Shown: piece after piece, positions 31,561 through 47,449 of the stretch | Layout of the letters: every line of letters begins with the position of its first letter | How positions within the stretch are numbered: position 1 is the first letter of the stretch | Source of the DNA: Tubiluchus corallicola | Taxonomy: Eukaryota; Animalia; Priapulida | DNA: 64,000 nucleotides | Reading direction: 5' to 3' | NCBI GenBank assembly: GCA_030141605.1 | Contig: JAQGDQ010000044.1 | Span: forward strand, 434,001 to 498,000 | The notes under the pieces: model-generated | What the model saw: only the letters and a program-made list of their open reading frames with translations | Databases searched by the model: none | Told to the model about the DNA's origin: nothing | Position numbers and translations under genes: made by a program

Positions 31561-34500
31561 TAATAGAAATGCTGTGAAATGCAGGAACTGCAGCAGAAAC
31601 GACTTGCACAATACATAAATACAGTTTCACTACTAAAAATTTTAAAATAAGTCCCGAAATAACAAGGAAAATGATCTTTGTGAAGGGAACCAGAAAAATT
31701 AATAAAACATTTCCCATAAAAAAATTGAAAAGATACAGTGATTTAGCTAAAAATTGTCTTAAGATTGAAGGAAGTACAAAATAAGCTCAAGAACACTAAA
31801 TACTAACATGAGATTAGTATTTGGCAATTTTTTTGGTTTTCCTGTTTTCTTCTTTAACCTGAATGGTCAACGTGAAACGTAGTGTCTTTAACTCCTTCCT
31901 TCACTGTGATTTTTTAGTAATTAACAGTACATCAAATTAGCATTTCTCAGCGAGAGAACTTTAAGTATTTAAAACAAAATGACTTAAAAATGCTGCCAAA
32001 GTTCGCAAGTACAGCAAGAAACGTTTCTGTGATTAAACATTTCCGTGATTGCCTTGTCGACAAAAGTTCCGTAGAAAAGCAAATGTACCAGTTTTGTCGT
32101 TTTTTGTGCCATAATTGAGCTATTTTCATATTTACAATTACACCGAGAACAGTACATTGCACCCAGTACCTTTGCTGAAGTACAGTCACTCTCACTTTCA
32201 TACATGCCTGATTATGGGATTATTCCATTGCGAACTCATAATTACGCTCGTTACTCGCGACTGTGTCTACACTCTCTACTCTCGCGTGCGCAGACATGTA
32301 CCATTATTTCTACATAATGACGGCAATTTGGCAAAAATGTTATAATTCGTCCGCAGTTAGAGCATAACTGTAGAACAATGCCGCGGTAACGTACAAGAAT
32401 GCAGCAATTTGTTTTGAAAGTGAGGGTTTACAATGGCGTACAAAAGACCCACACTTCCAAACTCATTTAGAGACAATGCCCATAACATAATAGTCAACAT
32501 ACTGCTTTTAAACTGAAAAGTCAAGGGTCCCAGTTTCACTATCAAGGTCTATCAGAAATATATGGTTTAAGCCTAATATTAAAAGCCTAAAAATGAAAAA
32601 CCTCTGGAGTCCATCTGTGTGTAACTTCTTATACTGTAACTGCGCATACTAGATACCAAAAGCCGAGAGAAAGTAAAACCAAATTAAATTAAATGAAAAT
32701 TAAATTAACAACAAAGAATCAAAGTCTTAATAATTATAAACAACAAAAGAAGCATTGAGGCGACAAAAAACTGTCTATTTATTAAAGAAAAAATGGACCA
32801 GACCTTAAAATACAGCTCAAAATAATCTACCCTATAAAATACTGAAAAGGAACATACTATTTTTTCCAAGGATGGTAATACTGTTCGCGTTTATAGTTCT
32901 TCGCTGCTACGTGTATACCTAAAACAGGTGCTGTACCTCTCAGTTCAGAGGTGTTCAGTTGTGGCGTAGTACACATGTTTGAGAGCTCATGCAGGAGCAC
33001 AGCGGTATACTTGAAATTTCATTTTTATACTTAAAATTTGCTTTTTTTGTATGTCACAGAAACTGTTGTGCAATAGCACTGTACTTCGATTTTTACTTTC
33101 GCAAACACGTCAACATGCTCGTGGAATGCTTGTGCTGTTGAAAATTATGTTCGTTTATGACATTATCACTAGTTGAGCTTGCCAACAATTAATTAAGTTT
33201 TTAACTCATAATTTAATTATCAGAAATACTTTGGCATTATTTATACATGTCGAAGTGAATTGAGCACTCTTAGTTTTTGCGATTCTACTTTTTGTCACCA
33301 CCACCATAATCACCACCTCCTACCATGTGCATTAATTTTTAAAAATTTGGCGTATGCAATACATGTACACTAGACTCTAGTAAGAAGAGTACTCAGATTT
33401 AAATTTAAAGTAAATTTAAACAAGATTTAAATTAAATACGTGGAAGAGCCAGCATTTAGGAACCAACATGTTTATTAAGCACAGATGATCGTTTCGACTT
33501 AGCAACCAAAAAGGTATAATTAGCACATTCGATAGTGCAATAATTTTCAATACAGTTGTGTGCCTTAATATTGCACTACCAAGTGTACTAATTATTACTT
33601 TTTGGCTTGATTTATAGCATTGAAAATGACTACTAAGTCTAAACAATCATCTGAGCTTAATAAGCATGTTGATTCCTCAATGTCTAGATTATTATACCTC
33701 ACATTTGGCAAGCAATTTAGAGTTTCCAAACATCAGAAGCGGAGGTAATTCATGTGGCAGCGCAGCAATTATTCACGGCTCATTTACGTCCACTAAACTT
33801 TGATCGTGAAAACGTGGACTTGAAAAGATTTGCCAAGGCTGTCAAAGCACAAGATAAGGAAACAAGTAGTTTCAAGAGTCAAGTAAAAAGCTAGCATTAC
33901 AGCCCCAAAAAGCCACTTAGATCGTAAAGTGTCACACCGTATAAGAGAATCGAGCTACTTCTATTCAAAGGTTTGATTTGCCGAAAATATGCAGGACAAT
34001 AAGCACTTTTTATGAAATATTTTAAAATTTGTACTCAGATTTAATTAACAGTCTTATTAACTAATATAATTACAAGCACAATCTAGACTTTCAAAAGAAT
34101 GTTTAATACACAAGTTTTTTTTGTATTTTGTGAACAATCGAATGTCTGTGTCTTTATAGAAAAAAGAAAGTGCATAGACAAAAGAGGCTTTTGTGTTTTA
34201 AGAAATTACGCTTATATCCAGTTATTCACCAAGTAGTATGTGCAACATTCACATCTCAATCTTATGATTATATTACACTATTAATTTATTTTTCTTCAAC
34301 AGTTTGCATTACATAAACATTTAAAATGCAAAAATGCAAATGGACAATAGAAAAGGGGAATGAAAAACCATAGATTAACAAGCCAACCACCGTTAGGTGC
34401 CACATATTAGTGAGATGTCAATAGTGAAATGTCAGATGTTATAGTTTATGAAAAATTTTTTTGAAACTAAACATATGACAGTCATCAGTTCTCTGATTTT

Positions 34501-37500
34501 AATTCGAAAACAATTCCTGGAACCTCGTTCAACTGGAATATGTATATTAGTGCATAGTTCTGACAATCCGTCTGCAAAGTATTAAGCTATGGCATGATAG
34601 TTTCTCATGGTCCAAAAACCTTAGACTATCTCCTGTCATAACACTATGTAAACAGATGAAAATTTAATACACAAAACCAGAAAGTCCACATAACTTACAA
34701 TCGGATCAAACGATCAGCGATCATTTTCGCATTGCATGACGAATACGCTTAGCAAGAAACCTTGAGATGCTAGAAATGCAAACTGCCTAACCATTATAAC
34801 TGGACAAACTGCTTTGCTGCACGAGAAGATTATTCTACTTTTGGACATGTTTACAGCCTTGGGGTTGTTTCTACAAACTGATGTATAAGCAAAAACCTAG
34901 TATTATAATAAAAATACTTAGACGATATACTAACTTGTTCTAAAGCAATTAAAACACTAATTAAGAACTCTTAAGCCAACTTTACAATGAGACTACTACT
35001 TGCACCAATCTTGCTGAAAATTATCGTGTTTCCTAAGTATCCTGGTCTTGGTATTCAGCATTGGCAAGAATTCAAATGAACGAGGGATTTATAATAGCGA
35101 TTTATAAACATTTTTATATTATGTGTTTTCAACAAATAAGAGCAAAAAAACTAGTGCAAAACTTGATCAGGCTAACACAGAGCAAAGTTGCAAAGTTTCA
35201 CCCTGTGCTGACTAGGCTAAACAAGTAACACAACAAACACAAGCCAAAAATCAATGATCTACTGTTTGTTGCTGGGGTCCCTCATGGATTTCATAGAGTG
35301 TAGACATTAAACAATTATAGTATTCTTTTGTGTAATGGTGCCAGTTTTGATTCGTACTGTTATACAAGTGTATGATAAGTGCTTGTAGCATCATTTAATA
35401 CTATTTAGTTCAGTATTGCTATTTCACTTGTTGCATTTCAGTGCATCATCCATGCATTCTTATACATTTAATACAATGGGCCAAAATGAAGGTTTTCGGA
35501 CCATCCTTCCAAAATTTGAGTTTAATTCTAGATGCTACAGAATTTAACTTTTTCCTTACATTCCCAAAAACATATCTTTATATTGTAATATACTAACTGT
35601 AATTCTGTTTTCATATATGGACCAGTATGTCTTATTTTTAGACCAATTTCCATCTGCGCACACAAGCCATATAATGTGTTCTACTAGCTATTTATCAATC
35701 TCGATCTAGGGGGGCACTTGATAGGTCAGTCTTGGTCCTGATCCAAATGTGCTCATTTTTATTGAGCCAAGAAATTGCAAACGTTGCTCACGCACACTTA
35801 GTAAAACTAGAATTTTCATTATTGGTAAATAACATATATGTTACTAAGTTAGATACAGTAAAACCTTGGTTTACTAAAGGTCATATAAGTTACCGATTGA
35901 ACTTGAAACTAGGCAGAAACAAAAGAGATTAAAAACTACCTGTAAGAACTTAAGGGTGTCAAACACAATACACCCTCAGTGTAACAAACTTAGATAATGA
36001 CAGTTTACTCATGAAGTAAATTGATAAAAATTTATTTGAGATGTTGAATAGATACAAATTTCAAATATTTTCTAACATCTGATTTATTCATACAGTGCAT
36101 GTTTTCTGTAGTTTAAATATCATGGCCATATACAAAAAGTATATTTTCCCCATTATTATGTATTTATGCAGTACACACCCACAGCCATCTGTTAACTGTT
36201 TAGTTGCCAAAATTTTGCGAGTCTAATTGGCAAAAAAATCAAATTTTTGCAAACTGTAGGCTCTGCTGCAGGAACTTTAATAAATGCTAAAACTGTGCCA
36301 TCTACTAGTTCTCAATAAAGTCAACAACTTTCGCTAAGATTTGGAGCGTTTCGCTGCGAGTGACTTGAAATGTGAAACTAGTACAACAACACTCTTGGGC
36401 GTTACTGAAATAGATAACAGTAATCGGCTAAGCATACACATATACGGTAACAACAATTAGCATTGGTGTAAGTTTGCCCTGAAGCGTAAGGCGTCAGAAG
36501 CAGGTTTTCTGAGAAGAATTCTAATGCTGGCTAGATGGTTTTGCAAATATTTCGAATGATTCATCACGCCTTCAGCCAGTGCAAGGGAAAAAGAAATTCA
36601 GGATATTCTGAACAACATTAACTAAGCAGGAATATCCTGTCACGACCAGGAACGATCACCCATACCATGCTGCTACAAATACTCAATACAAATAGTTTCT
36701 TGCATTTTACTCATACAAAGAATCAATTACAAATTTAACATGCATAAGCAGCATAAGCGAGGTCAGACAAACAAGATCATCAATGGCAAAGACATGTTTT
36801 TTGCCAAAACAAAATAAATATTCTTCAACAACAAGCTATTAGAGCATTTTCAAAATGATACTGACGTGCTGTGTTATCTCTAGTGACATTGAATTTCATT
36901 TCATATGTTCTTAGTGTACTTACTTTGGTATGCTCTAAGTTTAAATCATAAAACAGAATGAATAACGGTGATATTAAGTTAACATTTTTTGCCTTTTAGC
37001 CAGTATTTCTGCTGCACACAGTAATCAACACTAGAATGCAAGCTAATACTTTCCAGCCAACCAATCATAAAGAATGCTAGTTTCAAGATTTCTCCAGTTA
37101 GTATGTTAAAACTCACAGACTGCTGGAATCTATCTTAAACTAAAGATACTACAAGCTAGTTCAATTAACTTACAAAAAAGCCATAGCATTAGCAAATAGA
37201 AGTCACTATTTATAGACACTTCTCAGTACTCGAAGCTTTCTAAATATGGGGCATTGAGAATATAGTTGCCTTAATTGTTATATTTATGCACGACACATGA
37301 AGGGAGAACAACACCTACATAAGGCCTATTTTATGAAACTTTAAGTTATTTTGTGCCAAGGTTTATTTGCAATTTAACTATGAGTAGCCTTATTAATGCA
37401 GATCGACAGGGCAAAACCGATATGTAGGCTTTTTAGCCATTTTAGCCTTACTAAGCCTACACCATTTGTATGCAGCCGACTGAATCTCATCTTGTCTTTA

Positions 37501-40344
37501 AACACAAAACCAGAAATGTAAACCTGGAAAGTGCTTGTAGTCACGAAGCTACCCTCACACTTAAGCAATTATTATTGTCAGCATTGTAAGTAAATTATAC
37601 TTTTTTGATTTGCATGCGTGAAATAAATTGTTCTTATATCTTATACTGAGTTCAGAACATAATAGAAACAAGTGAAGTTTGCAAACTTTGCAGCGTTCTT
37701 AGTCTGCGGCTTCATTTAACAATCTTACATTAGTAAGATGAATCTTAGAACTTGTGCAAGTTGTGGTTAGTTTCTCTAAGTATTTCAAGCAATTTGCACA
37801 TTTAGCTGATTGGGGCTTTAGAAAATACGGAGAGTGCGAATGTACTTTGCAAAACAAAATACATATTTATGTTGCATCTATATGACTGATAAGAAAAAAA
37901 AGAACAAAAATGAAAGAAAATAAATATTAAATACTTAAAGCTTGTATCATTCAAGTCATACATTGAATCACGTGCTTCGATAAGCCGCATTTCTGTTTTG
38001 AAACCTATGTGCTCTGCGCTGCAGCAGCAATACGGGACACCTGCTGTCACCTGCGCTGAATGCGAGTTTTTAGCTTGCGAGTGAATTTCTTGAATTTTTG
38101 TGACTTGTACTGTGCTTTGTCGGAAGTGGTGCTGAAATAGGGCTTTAAAACGAAAATAATAAAAGAAAACATCAGAAAGCTGGATTTGAACATTGCACTT
38201 TTGCAATACATTCTCAGACTGGATGGCTTGGCCAGTGTCTTAAGTTTTTCTATAACCAGAACTTTTCTGTACGACCTTGTTTCGTTTTAAGCCTTAAATT
38301 CAATTAATGTGAGTTTGTTGTTAATTAATTTTGTATTCTTAGAATTAATTGCTGTAAAGTATAGAGCAAAGTAGTGCTATTAAATTTTGTTGTTATATCA
38401 TCCAATAATCAGATTTTACCGTTGCTTTCTTTAACATGAATTTGGTATGATGTTTGTTGATGAACAAGTAAAAACAAAGCAAAATTAATCATTTATGATA
38501 CATTTGATATAATGATAGGGTATACAAGTCGGCCCATGGTCATGAGCCTCTGTTGTAGCTAGTGGATATATAAATAGCTCTTGCTAAACCGGACCTGCTT
38601 GCATGAACGCAAATTAATTAAAAATGCCTGCAGGTTGGATAACGGTAAAATTGTTTTAACAAATTCGTCACTGATAAACCGGTATATCTCAGCGCTATTT
38701 ATGGAGATTCTGAGGCGCATCGATGGCCAAATAAAATTATTTTTAATTTTCTTGACTGGCGAACCAAAGCAGTCCAGTAGAAAGAGCACTTTAACTGGCA
38801 TATGTGTGCAACAGCTCTGCAACAAGAGTCACCCACTGTTGCTATCAGATTTTGGCAAAAGTCGCCTAGCTCACTAGACCGCCTAATATTAGAACCTCTG
38901 CAAAAGTTTGAAATCTCTCTAAAAGGAATCTAGTCCACCTTGACCACGACAGATAGACAGACTGAGAGACTACTAGTGAGTGTTTTATTACATAAAATAT
39001 CAGATATACACCTTCAAAACATTTGTAAACAACTAAATATAGGCTTAGAAGCAACTTAACTGTAAAGAAATCCTGCTTTTTTATTGCCCGCAGGACTATT
39101 GCAATTGTAAAACTGATAGTGCTTACAACAACACCATTATAGATGTGTTATACATAAATTATCATGGTTTCAGTACATGGGAGTATGAAGATGAGAATCG
39201 TTTTAATTTAATATTGACATAATTATGATGGTTTCGATATTTTTACAATGTTACATACTATTGCAATAGCGAACTTAGTGAACTGTTAATGAATGCATAG
39301 CTTCACATTCATAAAGAATGCATTAAGGTCGAAATAATTCTCTATTCCAACCAAGGATTTCTCCCATGCCCAAATTATTCCGTTCTGCGTCCCAGTAATA
39401 AAACGGTCGTTAAAGAAGGCTCGCACAAAGGCAACTCCTCCCCGATTCAAGGTCATCCAGTTTCAGGCAGGTGAGATTCTGAGAGCCGGATAATAACGCA
39501 GAAATCGGGATTTATTGCGAGCACGAGTTATTACGCGGAGTAGCCCAGGACCCAGGCTCATTATCAAGTACTTAATTTCATAGTTCCATGAGGTTATAAT
39601 CACGGAATAGTAGAACTATTATTACGTAGTTGAGACTAGGATTTGTTTTATTATTATTACTAGAAACACCGAGTATGCTCATTTAGTATTGAAGTTAAGA
39701 ATAAATTTAGTTGAGAATCTGAGAAAAACATTGAGGCTATGTACTTAAAAGGCCAAATTATAGGTATTACGGCCTCGTATTATTAATCCTATACGAAACT
39801 TGTAGTTAATATAACTGATAATTTGTATTTCGCAAGTTACAATTAATAATTATTATCAATTAAGGACAACTTTCATTGCAAGTCCTCAGAAACGTGCACG
39901 ACGGGAGCTATAAAACTATTACAACGTGGTGTTGATATAGAATTTTAGTATAATTGTAACGAATTTGAACTTTAAATATTTAGCATGTTTGCGGACCTTT
40001 CCCCCAGCTTGTTACTTGTCTAAATACTATCAAGTAGCGATGGAATCAGACATCAACTTGTATAATCCTGAAGTGAGTTGACAGCTTAGGTATGGCCATG
40101 AAGTTTTGGAGCTTTCCCATGCAAACACTAGTCACCTCGTCACGATACGTGTGAATATTACAGAAAAAATACCAACTTAACCCGAGGCGAAGTTTTTAAA
40201 GAACTTCGACCATTAGTGCAAGCAAAGTTAGTTTCTTGCTTCTACTTCAAGCTCTAAAAGTTCAGGAACGAAAATTTTGTTTAAAAGTGAAATTTTTGAT
40301 AGGACTAGTGAAACTGTCATGTAGCTCAATGAAATTATAATACA

Positions 40345-40665
40345 ATTTAATCTAATCTAATTTGATATGATCTGATCTCTGATCTGATCTGATCTGATCT
40401 GATCTGATCTGATCTGATCTGATCTGATCTGATCTGATCTGATCTGATCTGATCTGATCTGATCTGATCTGATCTGATCTGATCTGATCTGATCTGATCT
40501 GATCTGATCTGATCTGATCTGATCTGATCTGATCTGATCTGATCTGATCTGATCTGATCTGATCTGATCTGGCTCGTCTGGTCTGTTCTAGTCTAGTCTA
40601 GTCTAGTCTACTCTAATCTACTCTACTCTGATCTGATGTGATCTGATCTGATCTGATCTAATCTA
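40345..40665. repeat. (GATCT)n pentanucleotide microsatellite with variant flanks
   Basis: Perfect (GATCT)38 at 40381-40570; AATCT, AGTCT and ACTCT variants at the edges. Confidence 0.97.
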
Positions 40666-43329
40666 AGCAAAGATTTGGCACATTTTTTTATATTTTTAGG
40701 CCTCTCTCAAAACACCGCCACAAGGCCCAAAAATATTTGTACCGCAACAGAAGCGTTAATAATAACAAGCGCATAAAATGATTGAAGATACTACAAGAAC
40801 AGCTAGACTGTTCGCTCAGCAATCTTAGGGAGAACCAGGGCGATAATCAAAATAGGTCGATTTTATTGACTTTAACAATCAAGTTAATTGTTGAAAGTCA
40901 TTACGTCAACTTCAAATTGGCCGAACAAAGGTAACAAAACTAGATCTCGACGATGCATGAATACGAGCAAAATCTCTGTGAAATTTCAACAAATTTTGAG
41001 AGAACATGGCTAAGCCTTCAACAAAACTTCAGCCTTTACAAGCTCGACATGCACCTTATAGGTTAATTAAGCTGGTTGGTTCAATGATTTGTGAAAATAT
41101 TTTAGTAAAGCAAGAACTTTGGACGAACTTATTTCACCATTTTTTCTTGTGTACTTGCTTGTGTGTCTGTTTCTTTGCTTGCTTTCTCCTACTTTCCTTC
41201 ATGGCTTTTCCTAGAAACTGTTCATTTCATTCTCTCATGACTCAGTCAGTTCTTTTTTCCCCTTCCTCCCTTTTTCTTCTTTTTCGTTTATTCCTTCCAC
41301 CCGTTTTTCCTTTTCTTCATTCTTTGGTCATTTTCTTGGTTTTGTTAATTTGTTTTATTTTTCCTAGGTAGTCAAGACAACAGTCATAATCAGTAATGCA
41401 AAGGAAACCTCCCTGAGCAAACACTAATCAGGTGGTTGCCTACATACATTTAGTGACCAGTCACTCCTCCTGAGTGCGAGACCACGGCTGTTCCGCTTGT
41501 CATGCTGTATATTATACTAGGTCCTAGTGTTGACTAGGTTTGTTGTTTTATTCTGCAACACAGTTTGCAATAAGAAAAAACACTACCAGCACAAGTGAAG
41601 ACGCTAAGTAGATGTGCAAACTTAAGTAATTATTTTACTTAGCGCAAATAATTACAAATGAAAACTGGACTCCTAGGTGAGGCCTGAAATTCAATGTTTT
41701 TCATCCATACGCAAAGGGCTTAAATAAAATGGTTGAAATATGAACATAGGCCCAGAAAAGTTGAATTATTTCAATTAATTTGTTAATTAGTACGTGAAGA
41801 AGTACTACTAAAACTCTTTTTTGAATTGGGCGAGGTTGAGAAGCACGAAAAATAGACTGATAAGAACGAGCAAAACTGATATAGTTTGTTAAAGTTATGT
41901 CACGCATTTTATAGAAAATTTCCTTAACATGCAACCACGTTTTGTACAAGACTGCTATGTATATACTTTGTATGTACTTGTATATAAAAGTTGTTTAAAA
42001 AGCAGTTTAGATTTTTCAAGCAATAGAATCTTTCAGGTTTTAAATGCAATAATCAACGTCGATGTGAGAAACTTAACAGGTAAAAAAAGAAGAAGCAGAG
42101 GGCATAAAAAGTAGATTGTGCAATGCAGAAAGATGCACCCCTTATGTTCCTTTAGCTCGCCCTTCGCCCATTAAGAATCTCAGTTTCTATTATACTGCTT
42201 ATGGGTTTCCAGTATCATTGGTTTTTTAGTTCTTGTCTTTTGCGCCTGCAAGACCTTTTTGCTGCTAGACCGTCTGTTTCAAGATGCAATTATACCTATA
42301 CCTTCTGTGATAATGATAACAATATTCTATTCACTGCGCCTATAATCAGCCTAACATTTTGGCGAACACATTTTCAAAAAGACCCAATCGAGCAAAAATA
42401 AAGACGGCAAAAATAAAACAAAAAAGAACAGTATCTTTGTCGGCAAGATGAAAAGTTGTTAACGGTAATTAAAATCAGTTCACATGACAGAATGTATGTA
42501 ACACGTTACTTCACACGTTTGTATAACATTTTTGCACAGTTTACACCCTAGGGAGATTAAATTTATTTGCGATGTAACATAATAATGAAGTTATCCATAA
42601 TGGATGTAATTTAATATTTTGAAGGAGTCTTCTTCACCTTGAGGTATTATGACTTATCACATACAGCCGTTGTTCAGCGGGTGTGGCATAACTCTAATCC
42701 TAACAATTAAAAATTGTTTAAATAAAAAAGAATTAAGCGTGTCGATCTGGCGAACTGTTTAGCAGTTCAAATGTCATTGTTTCATAAAGTTTATATGTAT
42801 AGGAGGTTTGTTATTGCACAAGAAGTTAATATGTTAAAAATAATGAGTCATCATCAATCCGTCTGTATAGGATTATCCATCAAATTCGTGTTGCGAAACA
42901 TCCAAAGTAAAATAGCGAAATAAACCCACAATAATTGAAAATCAGAAAAGAAATTTCACTAAAAGAAGTTAAACTATATAGGTTAAAGCTTACGTTACCT
43001 AGATTTGAAAATCTTAGTCTATGAGAGATGACTTAATTACTCTTAATATGCGTGTTTACAGTTTTATGTTTAAATGTTTTGACCTGTTCACCAGAAAATG
43101 GCTTTTATCACGTGCAGTTAAATGAAAAATGTTGGTGAATAGTAGACAAAAATTAATGCTTGTCAGTAGATTTGACGAAATATCGATCTTTAATTTTCTA
43201 TTTAAGTTTAAAATTAATAACAATCTGTAAAATCTATGCAATCTGTGATTTGTCTCATTTTTCTCTTTAGCATTCGTTGTTATTCTCTGTATTGATTGTA
43301 CCCCATGAGTGCAAGTAAATAGTGTAAAT

Positions 43330-43460
43330 AGATGAATGCATGAATGAATGAATGAGTGAATGAATGAATGAGTGAATGAGTGAATCGATGACTGAATGAA
43401 TGAACCAACCAATCAGTGAATCCATCAACTAGTCAGTCAGTCAGTTAATAATCAATCAAT
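43330..43460. repeat. (TGAA)n/(TCAG)n microsatellite
   Basis: Direct reading. Confidence 0.8.
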
Positions 43461-45803
43461 CACTTACTATGTATGTAAGTAAGTAATTAAAAAAATAAAT
43501 AAATGAATGACTTAATCCCGAGGCCTCCTGCAGAGCAGGTGATGCCTGTTCGTGGGTAGCAAACGCTAAACCAACCAAACAGAATGCGGTTGTTGTTCAT
43601 TTTTCAACTCACGAACACGCATGAATAGAAATTAAAGGATTTAATTCTGCCTGGGATGATAATATACAGGAAGTCATTATTGGCTCATTATGGTACAGAA
43701 GCTGCTGTTGTTGTTGTGAGATTACAGGCAGACAAATAAACAAGGTGACTTAGTCTCATATCATTGTATATAAGTCACCTAGTACGATACAAAGCTTGTC
43801 AGATGGTCAGTGGTGACAATGTGCACCATTATACACACGCGCGTTTTATAATACTCAATGCTTATATATTATACGATCTTGCAGCAATGAGCAAATGGTA
43901 CATTATTGTACATTGCTAGGATTATAGAGGTTAACGGTGAAGGAGAGTCACCAGCAGGGTCTCCTACTGGAAGAAAGAAAATAACAAAAAGCTTAAAAAA
44001 GAAAAAATATAATAATGATAAGTAAATATTGCCAGAAGCTGTGTGTTATAAAGAAACACTTTCGATGACTGTAACGTTGGTGTTTATTATATTTTATTAG
44101 TACTAGAGCAAATGAAAATTGTTATTTTAAAAGCTAAAATCGTTAGTGTGCAATGAAGTTCATCACAAACAGTCTAGCTGCTATTAGTGTCACAGATATT
44201 GATTGCTTTCAAAATACGTCTTAGAACTAAATCTTTCGCTTATAATATTGAGTTATACGCTGTCATATCTCGACTTACATAGTTAAAACATTAATAAACG
44301 AAAACGCAATAATTTGAACAATGTTTTCTAAAGGAGTCAGTAATGATGATAAGAAAGTAACTTTGAATTTGTCAGCTTTTTACATTGCGACAAAATGACT
44401 ATAATAAAACATTGGGCATAAAAAATGCTTCTATTCTACAAATGACAACGTTAATATGTTGATTTTAAATTCCATTCTGTAACACAGTGTGCTATGGCAG
44501 TACGTCATTATGTAGGCTTTCAACGTGAGAAAAATGACAGATTCTCCCATTAAACCATATACAATATATATACATATATATATATATATACCCGTAAACT
44601 GTACATAGATATAAAGAAATAATTTTATTGTAATCAACAGATCCCTTCCAGCCCGGTTATCTGGGCCACTGGAGATTTCTGGGTAAGTAATAAGAAATTA
44701 ACGATGGAAGTTCTTCCCAATATCAACCAAACTAATGTAATTATATGTATGATAAAATGGGCTTTGGGACGGGTTTCGGGCTTAGTAAACATAACAAATA
44801 TATAGACACTGTTTTTTACTCCATTATTAATGAAAGAAAGGAAAACCAATGTTTACAGTACTTCTTATTTTTTGCAAAGCCAGAATCTCCTTGTCGGACA
44901 TTAGCCAGTGCACAACATTAGTCAATTTTATCCCCTAGGCTCCATGTTAGCAGAGACACTGACCACAATAAACCGTGTAGTTTAAACTTTGGAAGAATGT
45001 CTTACCGTTAGCCATTCCACATTCGATTGGCCCGAATATTTGAGATGCCCATGGGCACTGGGCATCAGAAGAAATCAGTGAGTTATAAGAAAGTGAAAAG
45101 ATTTTAGCCAATTATCTCGGGTGTGGTAGAGGTGTTCTTGACAGTTTTGTGAACGATTATAGTCTAAAAGTACTCGTAGCGGTTGCGAGGTTGATTGGGC
45201 GGACATAATTCAACTTGATAAACTGCAAAATACCGTATGAACTCTTCAAGTAGAAGTGAATTTAAGTGTAAGTTAATCTGAACTACTTATGCAAAACCTT
45301 AAAATATAAAGGCGACTGAAGTTACTTGTGATTACACTGCCTTACGGACTTAAACGATGATATCTTTTTCGCGGGTGTAAAGGCAATTTTCAGGATCTGT
45401 GTGTAAGGAGCTTTTTTAAAAGTTTTTTTGAGATATTTTTTTTAAAAATAAATCGTTACAAAATTAAAATAAGAAATGGTTCTTTTTTGTTTGTTCCATA
45501 GCTGCTTAAGATAGTTGTGCTAAAAAGTTTTTAAATGCTTTTTCAAGTATTTTTAAAAAAATTTAAATCGTTACAAAATTAAAATAAGAAAAGGTTCTTC
45601 TTAGTTTTTTTCCATGTAAATGCGCACGTAGGTTGTATGTCATGAAGGGAATGGTTACAACGTGACACTTGATGTTGGTGAATTATAAAGCCAGGGCGCG
45701 AAAAAACGAAACATTTGCAGTCTACGTCATAAAATTGTTTCGGTAAAATTAACCTCATTTATCAATGTGGCATGCATTTTACAGACAACTGAAACTGTAA
45801 TAA

Positions 45804-46089
45804 TTCTCGTTGCACTGACAATATCATTAGACTCATTCCAAGAACGGACCACAAATGGTCAGTCTTGACGTTCTCATTCCACTGACAATATCATTAGACT
45901 CATTCCAAGAACGGACCACAAATGGTCAGTCTTGACGTTCTCGTTCCTCAGACAATATCATTAGACACATTCCAAGAACGGACCACAAATGGTCAGTCCT
46001 GACGTCCTCGTTCCTCAGACAATATCATTAGACTCATTCCAAGAACTGGCCACAAATGGTCAGTTGGGCAGTCCTGACGTTCTCGTTGC
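45804..46089. repeat. 67-bp tandem repeat, ~4 copies
   Basis: Units start at 45815, 45882, 45949 and 46016 (gacaatatcattagactcattccaagaacggaccacaaatggtcagt...). Confidence 0.92.
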
Positions 46090-47449
46090 TAAAGAACCAA
46101 ATAAATTTAAAACTAGCAATTCGTTACTCCGTTTCTTCCAAATTGTTTGTTTACTAAAATTTATTGTTATTTGTTGTACAAAATTGAACCGTAGGCTATT
46201 TTATGAGCACAAAAGTGTAATGCCGGTAATATTTGACTGCATAGTATACTTTCTTCAACAGTTCGGAAAAATGCAGCAAAAAACTGATGTTAAAATGCGC
46301 TGCAGGTCTTTATTAAATAATGTTATTGTCAGTATTTCGCCCAGGAAACCGTTTCCTCTTCAGGATAGGTTTATGATTTTTTTATAAAAATTGCAATTAC
46401 TACAAAATATGTGAGACTTTGCATAATATATACAATTTTGTCAATATTTAACACCCAATCACACTGGCATGATATTTGCCATTGTTATACATGCACGTTT
46501 AGCTTATTATACAGCCTGTGCTTAAGTTTATCAATTATTGACCTCAAACTGAGACTTGGAAACTTCTAATAATTTTGCAATGTACGTAGATTTGAATTTA
46601 AATTTATTTATTATATTCAGCAAACAGTTAATACGAGTTTTACAAATTTTACAAAACACGATAAATTTTTCAAGTTTGATAAAGGTTATGATTAAATGAG
46701 CAAATTTACAATTAAGTTTGCTGCATGGTACTTAGGAAGAGAACCTTGTTAAGCCACCAGGTGATTTTAAGAGAGGAAGATAAAGAAATAAGAGGTCAGT
46801 TGAAAGGAGCCTGAAAGAGATCGAACAATGGAAAAACACGACCATGTTCAGATTAGATGCACTTGATGATTAAATGATTAAACAATGAGAAACCCTCGGT
46901 GAACGCTGCACGACCAATACGAATCGTATTAACAATCTTACGTTAGATTGAAATAAAGGTGTTTATAGATTTGCTGCTTTTGGTGTATGTAGGAATAGGC
47001 CTACAGTTCTCGCATACAGACAAAACTTCAATGTCTTTGTGAAGACAAATGTACTCGTCGGTTAAATTTTGGCGAAAGTATGGTTTTAACAGATGAAAAT
47101 ACGCAATCAGCAGTTGTTTGACTTACCTCAGGCTTTTAGGGCTAGAGACAGGTGAGGACGTAGTCACGTGACCGTGCTCTGTACCAAAAACACGGCTGCT
47201 ACTGTAAATTATCATACCTGAGCAACCTTGATACTTTATTGCACAGGTAGTTAATCAGGACGCGGTCATGTTAATGTAACTGTTGATACAGGTGAGCAGG
47301 TAAAATTTATAGCAACAGCAGCGGCTGCTGCATCACAAAGATAGATGCAGCTTTTCAAGGATGCAGACAGACAGGAGGCGTGACTAGCGTAGAGGGATGT
47401 CGTTCCTAACCGCGAGGCAGATCTAGTCAATGAAATGTAGGTAGGAGAC

